A stretch of DNA of 52,252 nt from Candidatus Aminicenantes bacterium UBA647 (GTDB lineage Bacteria; Acidobacteriota; Aminicenantia; UBA2199). Below the pieces are notes generated by a model. It was not told the DNA's origin. It searched no databases and saw only the letters and a list, made by a program, of their open reading frames with translations. The DNA lies in the NCBI GenBank assembly GCA_002299555.1, contig DBOL01000001.1, forward strand, positions 39,903-92,154, read 5' to 3'. The position numbers and the translations under genes are program-made. Positions 39,853-49,278 of this stretch are shown here, piece by piece. Every line of letters begins with the position of its first letter. Positions within the stretch are counted from its first letter, which is position 1.

Positions 39853-39939
39853 TACGTTCCATTATATCCCTTTTCCTCTAAAAAATGAAACATTTATTTT
39901 CTCAATGACATTAGTATGACAAAACGAAAGTGCTTTTAA

Positions 39940-39968
39940 TTGACACATATTGGGATCAAATATATAAT
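39940..39968 (+). promoter_or_regulatory. Perfect-consensus sigma70 promoter, probably leaderless
   Basis: TTGACA (39940-39945), 17 nt, TATAAT (39963-39968), 6 nt, ATG 39975. Confidence 0.8.
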
Positions 39969-39974
39969 TTTCTG

Positions 39975-41522
39975 ATGAAAATAGTGAAGTGGATATTCAA
40001 TAAATCAAAATTTTTACATAAATATATTGGATTGTTCATAATTCTATTCCTGATCTGGTCTTCGATATCAGGGATCATCATGAACCATCCGGGCCTGGTT
40101 TCCGGGATTTCTGTACCTGGTTGGATGGTACCATCCCAGTATAAAACAGAGAACTGGAATAGAAGTTCCCTGATCGAAATGCTTTACCTGAAAGGAGACA
40201 AGGATACAGCTTTTATTGGCGGGAAGAAAGGTGTTTGGAAAACGGTTGACGGAGGAATGACATTCAAAAAAATGTCTGATGGTTACACCGGTTCACTTTA
40301 TTATGGAAAAGTGAATGATATTCTCCTTCTGGAAGAAGATGATGAAGATCCAAAACTTTTTGCTGCTTCTTTTGGTGGTGTTTGGACCTGTGATACCATA
40401 GCAGAAAATTGGGAAAAGATCTTTCCTGAAAATGGTAATACGGAAGTAAAAAAGATCCTCAGAATTGATGACAGATTGGTTATTTTCACCAAGTCAGAAG
40501 TTTGGAAAACATCTATTGTATCCACATCTTATAACTTCAGTAAAATTGACCTGAAGAAAGAGGGTGAGGAAAAGGCAGATAAAGTTTCTCTTGTCCGTCT
40601 CTTCTTCGATCTTCATGGCGGGCATGCATGGGGGTTGGCAGGCAGGATATTCTTCGACGTAATAGGGCTGGTGTTAATTTTCCTGAGCATTTCTGCTTTT
40701 TATATGTGGTATGTCCCTTCGAAGTGGAAAAGAAAGAAGGAAAAATCTGCTGGCAAAAAATCTTCTCTTAATTTTTTTTACAAATATCATCTTAAACTTG
40801 GAATTTGGCTGGCTGCTGTACTTCTCCTGATAGGAATAACTGCATTTTTTATGAGGCCCCCTTTTCTGGCTGTTATCGCACGAGGTGATATTGATGTTTC
40901 TCTTTATCCCGGCCCTTACCCTGATAATCCATGGGACAAGAAGATCCATAGTGCTCTTTACCTGAAGGATAAGGGGAAAGTTCTGATAGAGGCTGAAGAC
41001 GGTATATGGGAAGGGGATAAAACAATGACAGGTGAATTCAGGAAAATAAGGATTCCGGTTCTTGTTTTTGTTATGGGTGCAACTGTATTTGAAGAATACC
41101 CTGATGGTGGCTTTATTGTTGGGTCATTCAACGGCCTGTTTCATATTCCCGGGGATGGTAGGGCTGTTAATGTTCTTTCCGGGAAAATGGTGAGATTTGT
41201 TTCACCGGTTCGTCCTGCTGATAAAATGATATCAGGATATTTCAGAACTCCGGAGGGTGAGGAGTTCATTACTGCTTTTAAGCAGGGGATTGTTCCCGTA
41301 AAAGGGGCGGAGTTGAAAGGGAGATTCGCGTTGCCGGCAGAGATCAGAAATGATAACAGGTTGCCATTATGGAACTATATGTTCGAACTTCATAATGGGA
41401 GGATATTTAAGGACTTGATAGGAGAGTGGTATATACTGATAATTCCTTTAGGGTCATTCCTGTTCATCCTTATAACTCTGACAGGAATATTTGACTGGAT
41501 CTACACACGATTTAGAAAATAA
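39975..41522 (+). CDS. PepSY-associated TM helix (iron-regulated) membrane protein
   Basis: LHKYIG...SG...NH, DLHGG, YH..LG, ELHNGR His/TM pattern with two soluble beta-rich domains. Confidence 0.8.
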   Translation: MKIVKWIFNKSKFLHKYIGLFIILFLIWSSISGIIMNHPGLVSGISVPGWMVPSQYKTENWNRSSLIEMLYLKGDKDTAFIGGKKGVWKTVDGGMTFKKMSDGYTGSLYYGKVNDILLLEEDDEDPKLFAASFGGVWTCDTIAENWEKIFPENGNTEVKKILRIDDRLVIFTKSEVWKTSIVSTSYNFSKIDLKKEGEEKADKVSLVRLFFDLHGGHAWGLAGRIFFDVIGLVLIFLSISAFYMWYVPSKWKRKKEKSAGKKSSLNFFYKYHLKLGIWLAAVLLLIGITAFFMRPPFLAVIARGDIDVSLYPGPYPDNPWDKKIHSALYLKDKGKVLIEAEDGIWEGDKTMTGEFRKIRIPVLVFVMGATVFEEYPDGGFIVGSFNGLFHIPGDGRAVNVLSGKMVRFVSPVRPADKMISGYFRTPEGEEFITAFKQGIVPVKGAELKGRFALPAEIRNDNRLPLWNYMFELHNGRIFKDLIGEWYILIIPLGSFLFILITLTGIFDWIYTRFRK

Positions 41523-41603
41523 ACTATAATTTACAATAGTCCTGGTTTACATATGATCTCTAACTCTTGACAATAATTAGTTCAAATATAATAATTGTCC
41601 AAT

Positions 41604-44093
41604 ATGTTCAAAGATATCTCTTTAAAAAAAACTTTCACTCCGCTGGTCATAGTGATCAACTTATTGATCCTGGTTATCATTGTAATGTTCTTCAGAACAA
41701 ATCACATAAATAATGAGAAGAACATTCAACTGGAACGGACTCAGGAGATTGCCTCCAGAATTAATGATTATTATAAAAAAAAACTGGATCTAATAAGGTC
41801 TATATCAACTATCAAGCAGATAGTGGAGGTAAGTTCGGGAAAACAATTTCCCGCCAAAGAAATATTGACAGCTAATCTTACCAGCATAAAACTGATCATC
41901 GGAGCATCGCTATTGTATCAAATGGATTCTTCCGGAGATGTTATTGGCAGTTCAACATATGATGGTACTAAAACTCTGCTGAGAAATAATTACAAGTTCA
42001 GGCCATATTTCAAAGATGCAATGAAGGGGAAGAATTCGTTCTATACTGCAGTGGGGGTAACAACGGGTGAGAGGGGAATGTATTTCGGTTTTCCGGTCAG
42101 GATCAAAAGGAAAGTTACTGGTGTAGTTACAGTTAAATTCGATCTGAATAGTATTGATGAGATCATAAGACGCTCAGGTTTGACCGGAGGTATGATATCA
42201 CCTGACGGGATCATTTTTTCCTCTCCTGTAAAAAAATGGCTTTTCAGTGCTACAAAGAGGATCTCTGTTGAAAGAAGAGGTGAGATAAAAGGATCACAAC
42301 AATTAGGAAGGTTCGGCATAGGGAAATTCCCCTATGATATAAAAAGTGGCAAAGTAGTATTCAAGAGAGAGAACCATTTTACAAGTGAAGTTGATCTGGA
42401 AATTGAGGGTTGGAAATTGTTTACTTTTTATCTCCCTGATCTGAGAGTCAATTATCTATACGCTTCATTAATACTTTTTTTCCTTCTGATCACTGAACTT
42501 CTTGTAATTAATTCCATAAGAGAACTCCACAAGAGAAGGGAATCGGAGATCAAGATAAAGGAGGGTAGGAAACGGTTTCAACACCTTTTCGAATCTGCAC
42601 TGGATTCGATCCTTATTCTTGATCATAAAAAAAATATCATAACAGCGAATCCTGTTACGGAAAAGATCTTCGGATATTCAATTGAAGAATTAGAGAGACT
42701 CAAATTCAGCATTTTTTTCCATGCTGATGCTCTGCGAGATTATGAGAAGCAGATGAGGACAGTTGAAATGGAGTTGAAAGGGAGGATTGAATTCCATGGA
42801 AGAAAAAGAGATGGATCAGATCTGTATGTTGACTGTTCCATGGTTTACCTGCGTGGGGATAGAGAGGGGAACTCGACATACTTTATTACCTGCAGTGATA
42901 TAACAGAGAGAAAAGAGGCAGACATCGTTCTTCAAAATACTAAAGAGGATGCAGAAAAAGCCAATCAGTCAAAAAGTGAATTTCTGGCCAATATGTCCCA
43001 TGAAATAAGAACTCCGATGACAGCTATTTTAGGGTTCTCTGAATTGCTTGAAGTATCAGATTTAGATAAAAAGCAGAAAGAATATATTGATATTATTAAG
43101 AACTCAGGGGAATCTCTTCTCTACCTGATCGATGAAATTCTGGATTTTTCAAAAATTGAAGCGGGTAAAGTTATCATGGAAAAAAAGAATTTTGAATTGA
43201 AGAAACTTCTATCAAAAATAGAAAAAACTACAAAGATATGGATAAAAGGGAAAAGAGTAAAACTAAAAATAAGTATTGATAAGAGTGTCCCCAAATACCT
43301 TAGTGGTGATCCGGAAAGACTAAGGCAGATACTGAGAAATCTCCTCAATAATGCAGCTAAGTTCACGGAAGAGGGAGAGATCGAACTTAGTATTAAATTG
43401 AGAAAAGAACTTGATCCATGGGTGTCTGTGGAATTTGCCATAAGTGATACAGGTATCGGTATATCGAAGGATGATACAGATAAGTTGTTCAAGTCATTCT
43501 CACAAATAGATTCAGCATTGTCCCGGAAGTATGAAGGGACAGGACTTGGACTTGCTATAATTTCCAGGCTTGTAGAGATGATGGGGGGAACACTGGATGT
43601 GGAAAGTGATCTGGGAAAAGGTTCACGGTTCTGTTTCTCGGTCAATTTTGGAATGGCTGATTCAGGTAGTGAAGAGGAAGAGAAAACCCAGATTATTCCC
43701 GGTCCCGATGCCGATCTGTCGGCGTATTCAATTCTGGTTGTTGAAGACAATAGTGTTAACAGGATGTTGCTTGAATATACATTAAAGAAAGAGGGGTTTG
43801 AAGTTGTAACTGCAATCAACGGAGTTGAAGCGATAAGATCGATAAATGACAGGGAATTTGATGTTATTTTAATGGACATTCAAATGCCGGGTAAGGATGG
43901 AGTTGAAGTAACAAGAGAGATAAGGGGAACTTCACAAAAAGATGTCCCTGTGATTGCACTCACAGCGAATGCAATGAAAGGTGACAGAGAGAAATATATT
44001 GGCCTTGGACTTGATGATTATCTAAGCAAGCCGATAAAGAAGAGAGTCCTGATCAACACAGTTATCAAGTGGATCGTTGAATCAAAAGGATAA
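41604..44093 (+). CDS. Hybrid sensor histidine kinase (Cache-PAS-HisKA-HATPase-REC)
   Basis: Two TM helices flanking a YKFRPYF Cache-like domain; PAS; FLANMSHEIRTP; NAAKFT; GTGLGLAI; REC LMDIQMP. Confidence 0.94.
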   Translation: MFKDISLKKTFTPLVIVINLLILVIIVMFFRTNHINNEKNIQLERTQEIASRINDYYKKKLDLIRSISTIKQIVEVSSGKQFPAKEILTANLTSIKLIIGASLLYQMDSSGDVIGSSTYDGTKTLLRNNYKFRPYFKDAMKGKNSFYTAVGVTTGERGMYFGFPVRIKRKVTGVVTVKFDLNSIDEIIRRSGLTGGMISPDGIIFSSPVKKWLFSATKRISVERRGEIKGSQQLGRFGIGKFPYDIKSGKVVFKRENHFTSEVDLEIEGWKLFTFYLPDLRVNYLYASLILFFLLITELLVINSIRELHKRRESEIKIKEGRKRFQHLFESALDSILILDHKKNIITANPVTEKIFGYSIEELERLKFSIFFHADALRDYEKQMRTVEMELKGRIEFHGRKRDGSDLYVDCSMVYLRGDREGNSTYFITCSDITERKEADIVLQNTKEDAEKANQSKSEFLANMSHEIRTPMTAILGFSELLEVSDLDKKQKEYIDIIKNSGESLLYLIDEILDFSKIEAGKVIMEKKNFELKKLLSKIEKTTKIWIKGKRVKLKISIDKSVPKYLSGDPERLRQILRNLLNNAAKFTEEGEIELSIKLRKELDPWVSVEFAISDTGIGISKDDTDKLFKSFSQIDSALSRKYEGTGLGLAIISRLVEMMGGTLDVESDLGKGSRFCFSVNFGMADSGSEEEEKTQIIPGPDADLSAYSILVVEDNSVNRMLLEYTLKKEGFEVVTAINGVEAIRSINDREFDVILMDIQMPGKDGVEVTREIRGTSQKDVPVIALTANAMKGDREKYIGLGLDDYLSKPIKKRVLINTVIKWIVESKG

Positions 44094-44112
44094 GTTCTAT
44101 AGAGATTAATAT

Positions 44113-44176
44113 GAGGTTGAGAGGATGAGTAGTTGAGAGGTTGAGTTCAACCCATCCCCTCATCCACCCATCTTCT
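44113..44176. repeat. Inverted imperfect 8-bp tandem arrays between convergent genes
   Basis: gaggttga gaggatga gtagttga gaggttga / tcaaccca tcccctca tccaccca. Confidence 0.7.
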
Positions 44177-44187
44177 TTGATTTAGTC

Positions 44188-46098
44188 TTATTTACATCCG
44201 GGTTCGCAATTTTTTTTCTTTTTCTTCTTTACATCTTTTGCTATGAGTTTTAGTTTATTTATACTCTTAACTTTCCCACCTTTGTAGAAGAACCAGTCAC
44301 CCTCAGCTAACGGATAATAAAATGGAGTTTTTATCCCATCCTTCTTAGCTGCTTTTGCAAAGTCGATATAACTTTTAGAGTTCGATCCGCCATGCATCGG
44401 AAACACAGCCTTTGGGCTCATTTTTTTGATCGTGTAGTAAACACCCTGCTTCAGACTCACTTTGTCCCTGAAATTACATCCCGAGACTGGTGCAAAATAG
44501 AGGTCCGGTGTAAGTCCCAGGCTGACAAGGTGATCAGTGGAAGGTTTAAACTTCCCCGACATATCTCTTTTCATATTAGCATGGTCTCCGGAGTGATAAA
44601 TAACCAGGCCGTCAACATTAATGAGGAAAGCTACTCCGGTATCGGTCGATTCTATTGTAGTCACTTCCATCCCGTCAAGCTTCCATGTTTTTTGAGGTTT
44701 CAGAAATTTATATCCACTCTTGTCCTTTGGTTCGAACCCTGTATAATAATTGATTTTTTCGATCTTGTCCTTCCAGTCGAATACTGAAGGCATATAATGG
44801 TCTCCGTGATCATGAGATATGAAAACAGAAACGTTCAGGTCCTTTATCTCCTCCGGGTTAATTGCACCATTCATTAATGAGGGAGTGTCTGAGAGAGCAT
44901 TTCTTTTCCAGTAATCGAAAATGAGAAGATTTTGCTCGGTCTTAATCGCCCATCCGCTATGTCCGGTGTACCATATTAAAGCTGTTCCTTTCTTTAATTG
45001 TTTATGAGCCGGGCTCTTCTTTTTGAAGATGCTGAGAATATCCTCTTTCTCAGCTCCGCTTTTAAGAAGGATCTTAGCCATCAGTTTGTTCTTATACCTG
45101 CAGGCATAGAATAGAGGAGTGTTCCCTGAATCATCAAGAGCTTTAAAATCTGCTCCTGATTTGAGAAGCATTGCTCCGATCTTTCCATAACCTTTCGATG
45201 CTGCGATATGTAGTGGTGAAACTCCCATAAACTCCAGTTTCCCGTTCGGGTCAGCTTTGCTCTTTAACAAAATGGCAACTGCCTTGACGTGGCCGGATGA
45301 TACAGCATTTGAGAGAGACGAATTCCCTTTGTCATCAATTGCGTTCGGATCGGCTCCATTTTTGAGAAAGGCCTCAATTGCTTCGAAATTTCCAGTTGAA
45401 GATGCGCCATGGAGTGGAGTAACTCCTGTGTTAGATTTGACATTAGGGGAGATTCCGGATTTGATAAGCAGTTCTATCATCTCTTTCTTCCCTCTCCAGG
45501 CGGTATTGTGAAGCATTGTCCATCCGTTCTCTCCAGCCCCGGATACTTTTGCCCCTTTCGAGATAAGATATTTAACAATATCTATGTTAGGTTCTCGTCC
45601 TGAGACAGCATAATAGATGGGGGGAACCTTTCTATTACTTTTCATGTCATTTATCTTGAGCCCTTTTTTCACAAGATACTTTACAGTGTCAAGGCTGTTG
45701 CTTGAAACTGCATAAGACAAAGCAGTCTCATTATCCTTTTCCCTTGCATGAAGGTCGGCACCTTTTTCCAGAAGGAATTTTACAACCTCCAGATGTCCCA
45801 GCTGTGATGCAAAGTTCAGGGGCCTGAGGCGATGACTCTCCTCTTCAAGATTCACATCTTCCCCATTTTTAACCAGGAATTTTACAATATTAAGATGTCC
45901 TTTTGATGATGCTATATGGATAAGGGATCTGCCCCTCGCATTCTTTGCTTTGATTAGGGCTTTATCCTTTTTCACCATCTTCATTACAGTATCAATATCT
46001 CCCTTCTCAACAAGGTCAACTATACTTCCTGCTGTAATGCTTCCAAAAACAAACAAAATACAGACAACAAAAAATAACAATTTTTTCATTCTGTTCAT
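44188..46098 (-). CDS. Exported ankyrin-repeat / MBL-fold metallo-hydrolase fusion
   Basis: Signal peptide; about 9-10 ankyrin repeats (G.TPLH.A...G); GHSGW, SHDHGDH, HSGD, PMH; SD AAGGAG. Confidence 0.9.
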   Translation of the reverse strand: MNRMKKLLFFVVCILFVFGSITAGSIVDLVEKGDIDTVMKMVKKDKALIKAKNARGRSLIHIASSKGHLNIVKFLVKNGEDVNLEEESHRLRPLNFASQLGHLEVVKFLLEKGADLHAREKDNETALSYAVSSNSLDTVKYLVKKGLKINDMKSNRKVPPIYYAVSGREPNIDIVKYLISKGAKVSGAGENGWTMLHNTAWRGKKEMIELLIKSGISPNVKSNTGVTPLHGASSTGNFEAIEAFLKNGADPNAIDDKGNSSLSNAVSSGHVKAVAILLKSKADPNGKLEFMGVSPLHIAASKGYGKIGAMLLKSGADFKALDDSGNTPLFYACRYKNKLMAKILLKSGAEKEDILSIFKKKSPAHKQLKKGTALIWYTGHSGWAIKTEQNLLIFDYWKRNALSDTPSLMNGAINPEEIKDLNVSVFISHDHGDHYMPSVFDWKDKIEKINYYTGFEPKDKSGYKFLKPQKTWKLDGMEVTTIESTDTGVAFLINVDGLVIYHSGDHANMKRDMSGKFKPSTDHLVSLGLTPDLYFAPVSGCNFRDKVSLKQGVYYTIKKMSPKAVFPMHGGSNSKSYIDFAKAAKKDGIKTPFYYPLAEGDWFFYKGGKVKSINKLKLIAKDVKKKKKKNCEPGCK

Positions 46099-46109
46099 AT
46101 TATTCTCCT

Positions 46110-46235
46110 TTAATTTATTTTCACGATCTGGTAACTCTTCTCCTGCCTGGAAGTGTCGTCGCTACCCTGGTCTTTGTGTAACCAGGAGAACAGGACAAAG
46201 AGAACTAACAATAAGAAATAAATTACCTTTTTCAT
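46110..46235 (-). CDS. Unannotated 41-aa small protein MKKVIYFLLLVLFVLFSWLHKDQGSDDTSRQEKSYQIVKIN
   Basis: Strong SD GGGAGGTG before the ATG; signal-peptide-like N-half; its TAA overlaps the SD of the ankyrin-MBL gene; too short for the supplied ORF track. Confidence 0.72.
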   Translation of the reverse strand: MKKVIYFLLLVLFVLFSWLHKDQGSDDTSRQEKSYQIVKIN

Positions 46236-46319
46236 CTTACACCTCCCTTTTCCCAACTTTTTTATGCAAACCTCTACCGTTAAAATGTGCCATGTTTTTT
46301 CTCCAAAAAAAGATTTAGT

Positions 46320-47942
46320 TTAGTTTAAATTTTTAAATAAGTGTTTTTCGTACTCCTTACCGTTTGACACTACAATCCCTTTTTCAAAGACCAGGACGCG
46401 TCTGTAACCAGTCAGCCCGGTCTCCCACGATTCATGCCCGATAAGTTCTTCTCCCTCATATATATCTGCAGCTATGCCTTCCGCAGTCAGATAAATAAGG
46501 TAGAATTTATTGTTGATAACCTTATAATGGAAAAGGTTCCTGCTCACTTTCTTTTTGATTGTGCTGCCATCCTCAAATCTGTATATGAACGAATCTCTGC
46601 CACTTCTGAAAACAACCATCTTCTGAACTTCAGAACCGAATCTTCTCAATACTTTCCTGTATTTTCCGGGCTTTTCAAATATTGTAGTTATTTCATCATT
46701 CAGTTCATAAAGGGTCATATTCCCTTTATAAAATATCAGAAGTTTGTTCCCCCATACGGAAACTGCATTAGCGTTTATCATTTTTTCCAAATTACCATCA
46801 GGTTTATATATGAACACACTTCGGCCATTCCTGAGCAAAAATCTAAGGGGTGAATGAGATGCATGGAAAAGATATATCTTTTTGTTGATCTCTTCAGTAT
46901 TAAGCGGATATCTTTTAATCTTATTTCCAAGAAGGGATGTTATCCTGTAGCTTCCCTCCTTTCTTTTTCTCTGCAGGAAGAACATTTCACCGGATAGAAC
47001 AGGGGCGGTATCAAGTGGCCTTGTAAATACCGTCCACCACTCTTTCTCTGTCTTATGAAATGTATCCAGGGTGATATTTTTTTTATCAAAGATGAAAATA
47101 TCCTTATTCTCATTTTTCCGTGCCCGGTGGTTCTGAAGATAGAGGAAGTTTCCCTGCTCGGTCAGCGGCCAGAAACATCTCCCTTTTCTGAAGATCTTAC
47201 CCTCATCTATGAACTGGATCCCCCTTGTAGACATCCGGTATATGCTTCCTTCGTTCGTCATCAGGTGGTAACACCAGTTCTTTTCTATCTGGAAGAACCT
47301 GACCGATATCATAAGGATTATTATCAATGATGAATAGCCGATGAAGCGGAGGTTGAATTTCAATAATGGCTTCAGGTCAAATTTAAAAAAGAATATGAAA
47401 AACAGGATAGGGAATGCAAGGAGTATCAGGTTGGATCTCAATATCGTCTCCGAGCTCACTGTCCCGCTTGAGAATATGTGATCAAAGAAAGTTAACCCGC
47501 TTGATAGTATTGCAGTGAGAAAAAATGTTCCGATAAAACTTCTGAGGCTGATCGAGAAGGATGCAGACACCAGGAAGAATATAAAAAAGAATACGGAGAA
47601 ATCGGGAATATTAAGGATTGCAGGGAGGCTGAAGATACTATTAAGGCAGCAATAAACCAGGAAGACAAATGTCAGCAGGAATATCCTCGGAGTGAATTTT
47701 ATTAAAAGCAGTTTCGGCCTCGAGACGGGAAGGGACAGCATATATTCCAACGCTCCTTCTTCTCTTTCCCTGTTGAATATTGACCATCCCGAGAAGGATG
47801 CATAGAGGAGCAGGAAGAGCTCGATCGCAGGGGCAATGTAGACATCTTTATCAGTATTAAGAATTGCAATGAAAAGAGCTGCAATGATCAGGAATATTAT
47901 CAGCCCCTCTTTAAATACTTGTTTTAATTCAATTCTGATCAT
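46320..47942 (-). CDS. ABC-2-type permease fused to a large beta-rich C-terminal domain
   Basis: ERE.G.LEY.LSLPVSR..LL..K motif, about 6-7 TM helices, ~320-aa soluble tail; SD GGAGGT before ATG 47942. Confidence 0.8.
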   Translation of the reverse strand: MIRIELKQVFKEGLIIFLIIAALFIAILNTDKDVYIAPAIELFLLLYASFSGWSIFNREREEGALEYMLSLPVSRPKLLLIKFTPRIFLLTFVFLVYCCLNSIFSLPAILNIPDFSVFFFIFFLVSASFSISLRSFIGTFFLTAILSSGLTFFDHIFSSGTVSSETILRSNLILLAFPILFFIFFFKFDLKPLLKFNLRFIGYSSLIIILMISVRFFQIEKNWCYHLMTNEGSIYRMSTRGIQFIDEGKIFRKGRCFWPLTEQGNFLYLQNHRARKNENKDIFIFDKKNITLDTFHKTEKEWWTVFTRPLDTAPVLSGEMFFLQRKRKEGSYRITSLLGNKIKRYPLNTEEINKKIYLFHASHSPLRFLLRNGRSVFIYKPDGNLEKMINANAVSVWGNKLLIFYKGNMTLYELNDEITTIFEKPGKYRKVLRRFGSEVQKMVVFRSGRDSFIYRFEDGSTIKKKVSRNLFHYKVINNKFYLIYLTAEGIAADIYEGEELIGHESWETGLTGYRRVLVFEKGIVVSNGKEYEKHLFKNLN

Positions 47943-48750
47943 ATTCACCTCCGATAAATGCTCTCAATATTTCAGAAAGCTGGAGATATTCAACATCAAA
48001 ATCATCATTATCTTTTTTATTATAAGGATATATATATTGTTCTTTCATCCCCTCCCACTCTCTGGAGAAAATGACCGGATGGTCCTTCAATTCTTCTTTG
48101 GAAAAAACCCTGACACATCTGCTCCTTACTTTCTCAAGGGAGGAGTCTTCAATAATAACACCTTTGTTTAATATGACTATCCTGTCTACAAGGCCTTCGA
48201 TGTCCAGTGCATCCTGAGTGGCAATTATTATCCCGAGTTTTGAATTTTCGATCTTTTTCTGGATCGACATTCTGAAGAGGTCGCGTAGATGGGGGTCAAG
48301 GAAATGAATGACATCATCAATGAGGAGAAATTGGGGGTCAGTACCCAGAACAAGTGAGAGGTAGAACAGAGTCCGCTCTCCCCTGGAGAGGGAACTGACC
48401 TTCTGTTTCATGTCAAAGTCATAACCGGAAATATTATTGAATTCATATCCATTGTAAAAAGAGGAATGTACCAGGATCGCTTCTGATAGTTTCATGTTTT
48501 CATATAAACTGAGCGAGGATGGGATATAAGCAATTTTTCTTCTGATATTGTGATATGTCATATATTTGTCGAGGGCAATCTTCCCTTCCCCCGATCTGAG
48601 TATTCCGCAGATCGATCTCAGGAGTGTCGTTTTTCCTGCACCGTTCGGTCCTGCGAGGATGGTTGTTTCCCCTTTTTCAAAATATATATTGAGGTTCTGC
48701 AGAATTGATTTCTTTCCATATTTAAAGGAGTAGTTCTTTACCCTTATCAT
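47929..48750 (-). CDS. ABC transporter ATP-binding protein with degenerate motifs
   Basis: GPNGAGKTT, LSRGE, LLIDD, LDP, IATQ. Confidence 0.88.
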   Translation of the reverse strand: MIRVKNYSFKYGKKSILQNLNIYFEKGETTILAGPNGAGKTTLLRSICGILRSGEGKIALDKYMTYHNIRRKIAYIPSSLSLYENMKLSEAILVHSSFYNGYEFNNISGYDFDMKQKVSSLSRGERTLFYLSLVLGTDPQFLLIDDVIHFLDPHLRDLFRMSIQKKIENSKLGIIIATQDALDIEGLVDRIVILNKGVIIEDSSLEKVRSRCVRVFSKEELKDHPVIFSREWEGMKEQYIYPYNKKDNDDFDVEYLQLSEILRAFIGGEYDQN

Positions 48751-49127
48751 TTCTCCTCCCTGAAGTATTTCGAGATCATCTCTTTCACAGATTCAGGAGA
48801 GATCCCCATGTCTACCGCTTTTTCGATAAATTTGTTAAATTCATCCTCAAGCAATACTATTTTTTCTTTTCCTGACGGTTTTTTTGAAGATGCCCAGAAT
48901 CCTTTTCCCGGCCTTCCGTCTATTATTTTTTCCTGCTGAAGTTCGCGATAAGCTCTTGCAACTGTATTAGGATTTATCTTAAGAAATGAGGACAATTCCC
49001 TTAAAGATGGAAGAGGGTCGTTTATTTTAAGGAGATCTTTTGCAATTATATGCTTTATATTTCTCTTGATCTGTTCATACACTGGTACGGGCGATCTGAA
49101 GTTGACTGAGATCTCCTTTAATATCAT
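48747..49127 (-). CDS. GntR family regulator, YtrA subfamily
   Basis: PVYEQI, LPSLRELS..LKINPNTVARAYREL, short C-terminal domain, heads an ABC operon. Confidence 0.92.
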   Translation of the reverse strand: MILKEISVNFRSPVPVYEQIKRNIKHIIAKDLLKINDPLPSLRELSSFLKINPNTVARAYRELQQEKIIDGRPGKGFWASSKKPSGKEKIVLLEDEFNKFIEKAVDMGISPESVKEMISKYFREEK

Positions 49128-49135
49128 TTTATTTC

Positions 49136-49175
49136 ACTGTATCAATATGTTAATACAGTAATACGGCTGTGTCAA
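49136..49175 (-). promoter_or_regulatory. YtrA-type palindromic operator overlapping the gntR promoter
   Basis: ACTGTATCAATATGTTAATACAGT (49136-49159) near-palindrome; minus strand TTGACA (49175-49170), 17 nt, TAACAT (49152-49147). Confidence 0.8.
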
Positions 49176-49202
49176 CAAAAAAGTTTATTTTCCGAAAAGA
49201 TG

Positions 49203-49230
49203 GCAGGGGCTGACCCGGGTTCACCCCAAC
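49203..49230. repeat. REP-like hairpin
   Basis: GCAGGGGCTGACCCGGGTTCACCCCAAC; resembles the element at 51494. Confidence 0.4.
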
Positions 49231-49243
49231 AGTTAAAATTGTC

Positions 49244-49272
49244 TTGTCATCTGGTCGGATAAGAGATAGTAT
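49244..49272 (+). promoter_or_regulatory. sigma70-type promoter, probably leaderless
   Basis: TTGTCA, 17 nt, TAGTAT, 6 nt, ATG 49279. Confidence 0.55.
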
Positions 49273-49278
49273 AAACTA

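Noticed and set aside
46264-46293. Minus-strand TGGCAC...TTGCAT upstream of the small peptide gene
   Set aside because: The elements are 17 nt apart rather than 5, so not a sigma54 promoter
45950-46318. 122-aa plus-strand ORF over the ankyrin gene start
   Set aside because: It overlaps the ankyrin gene antisense; the minus-strand 41-aa ORF with a strong SD explains the region better
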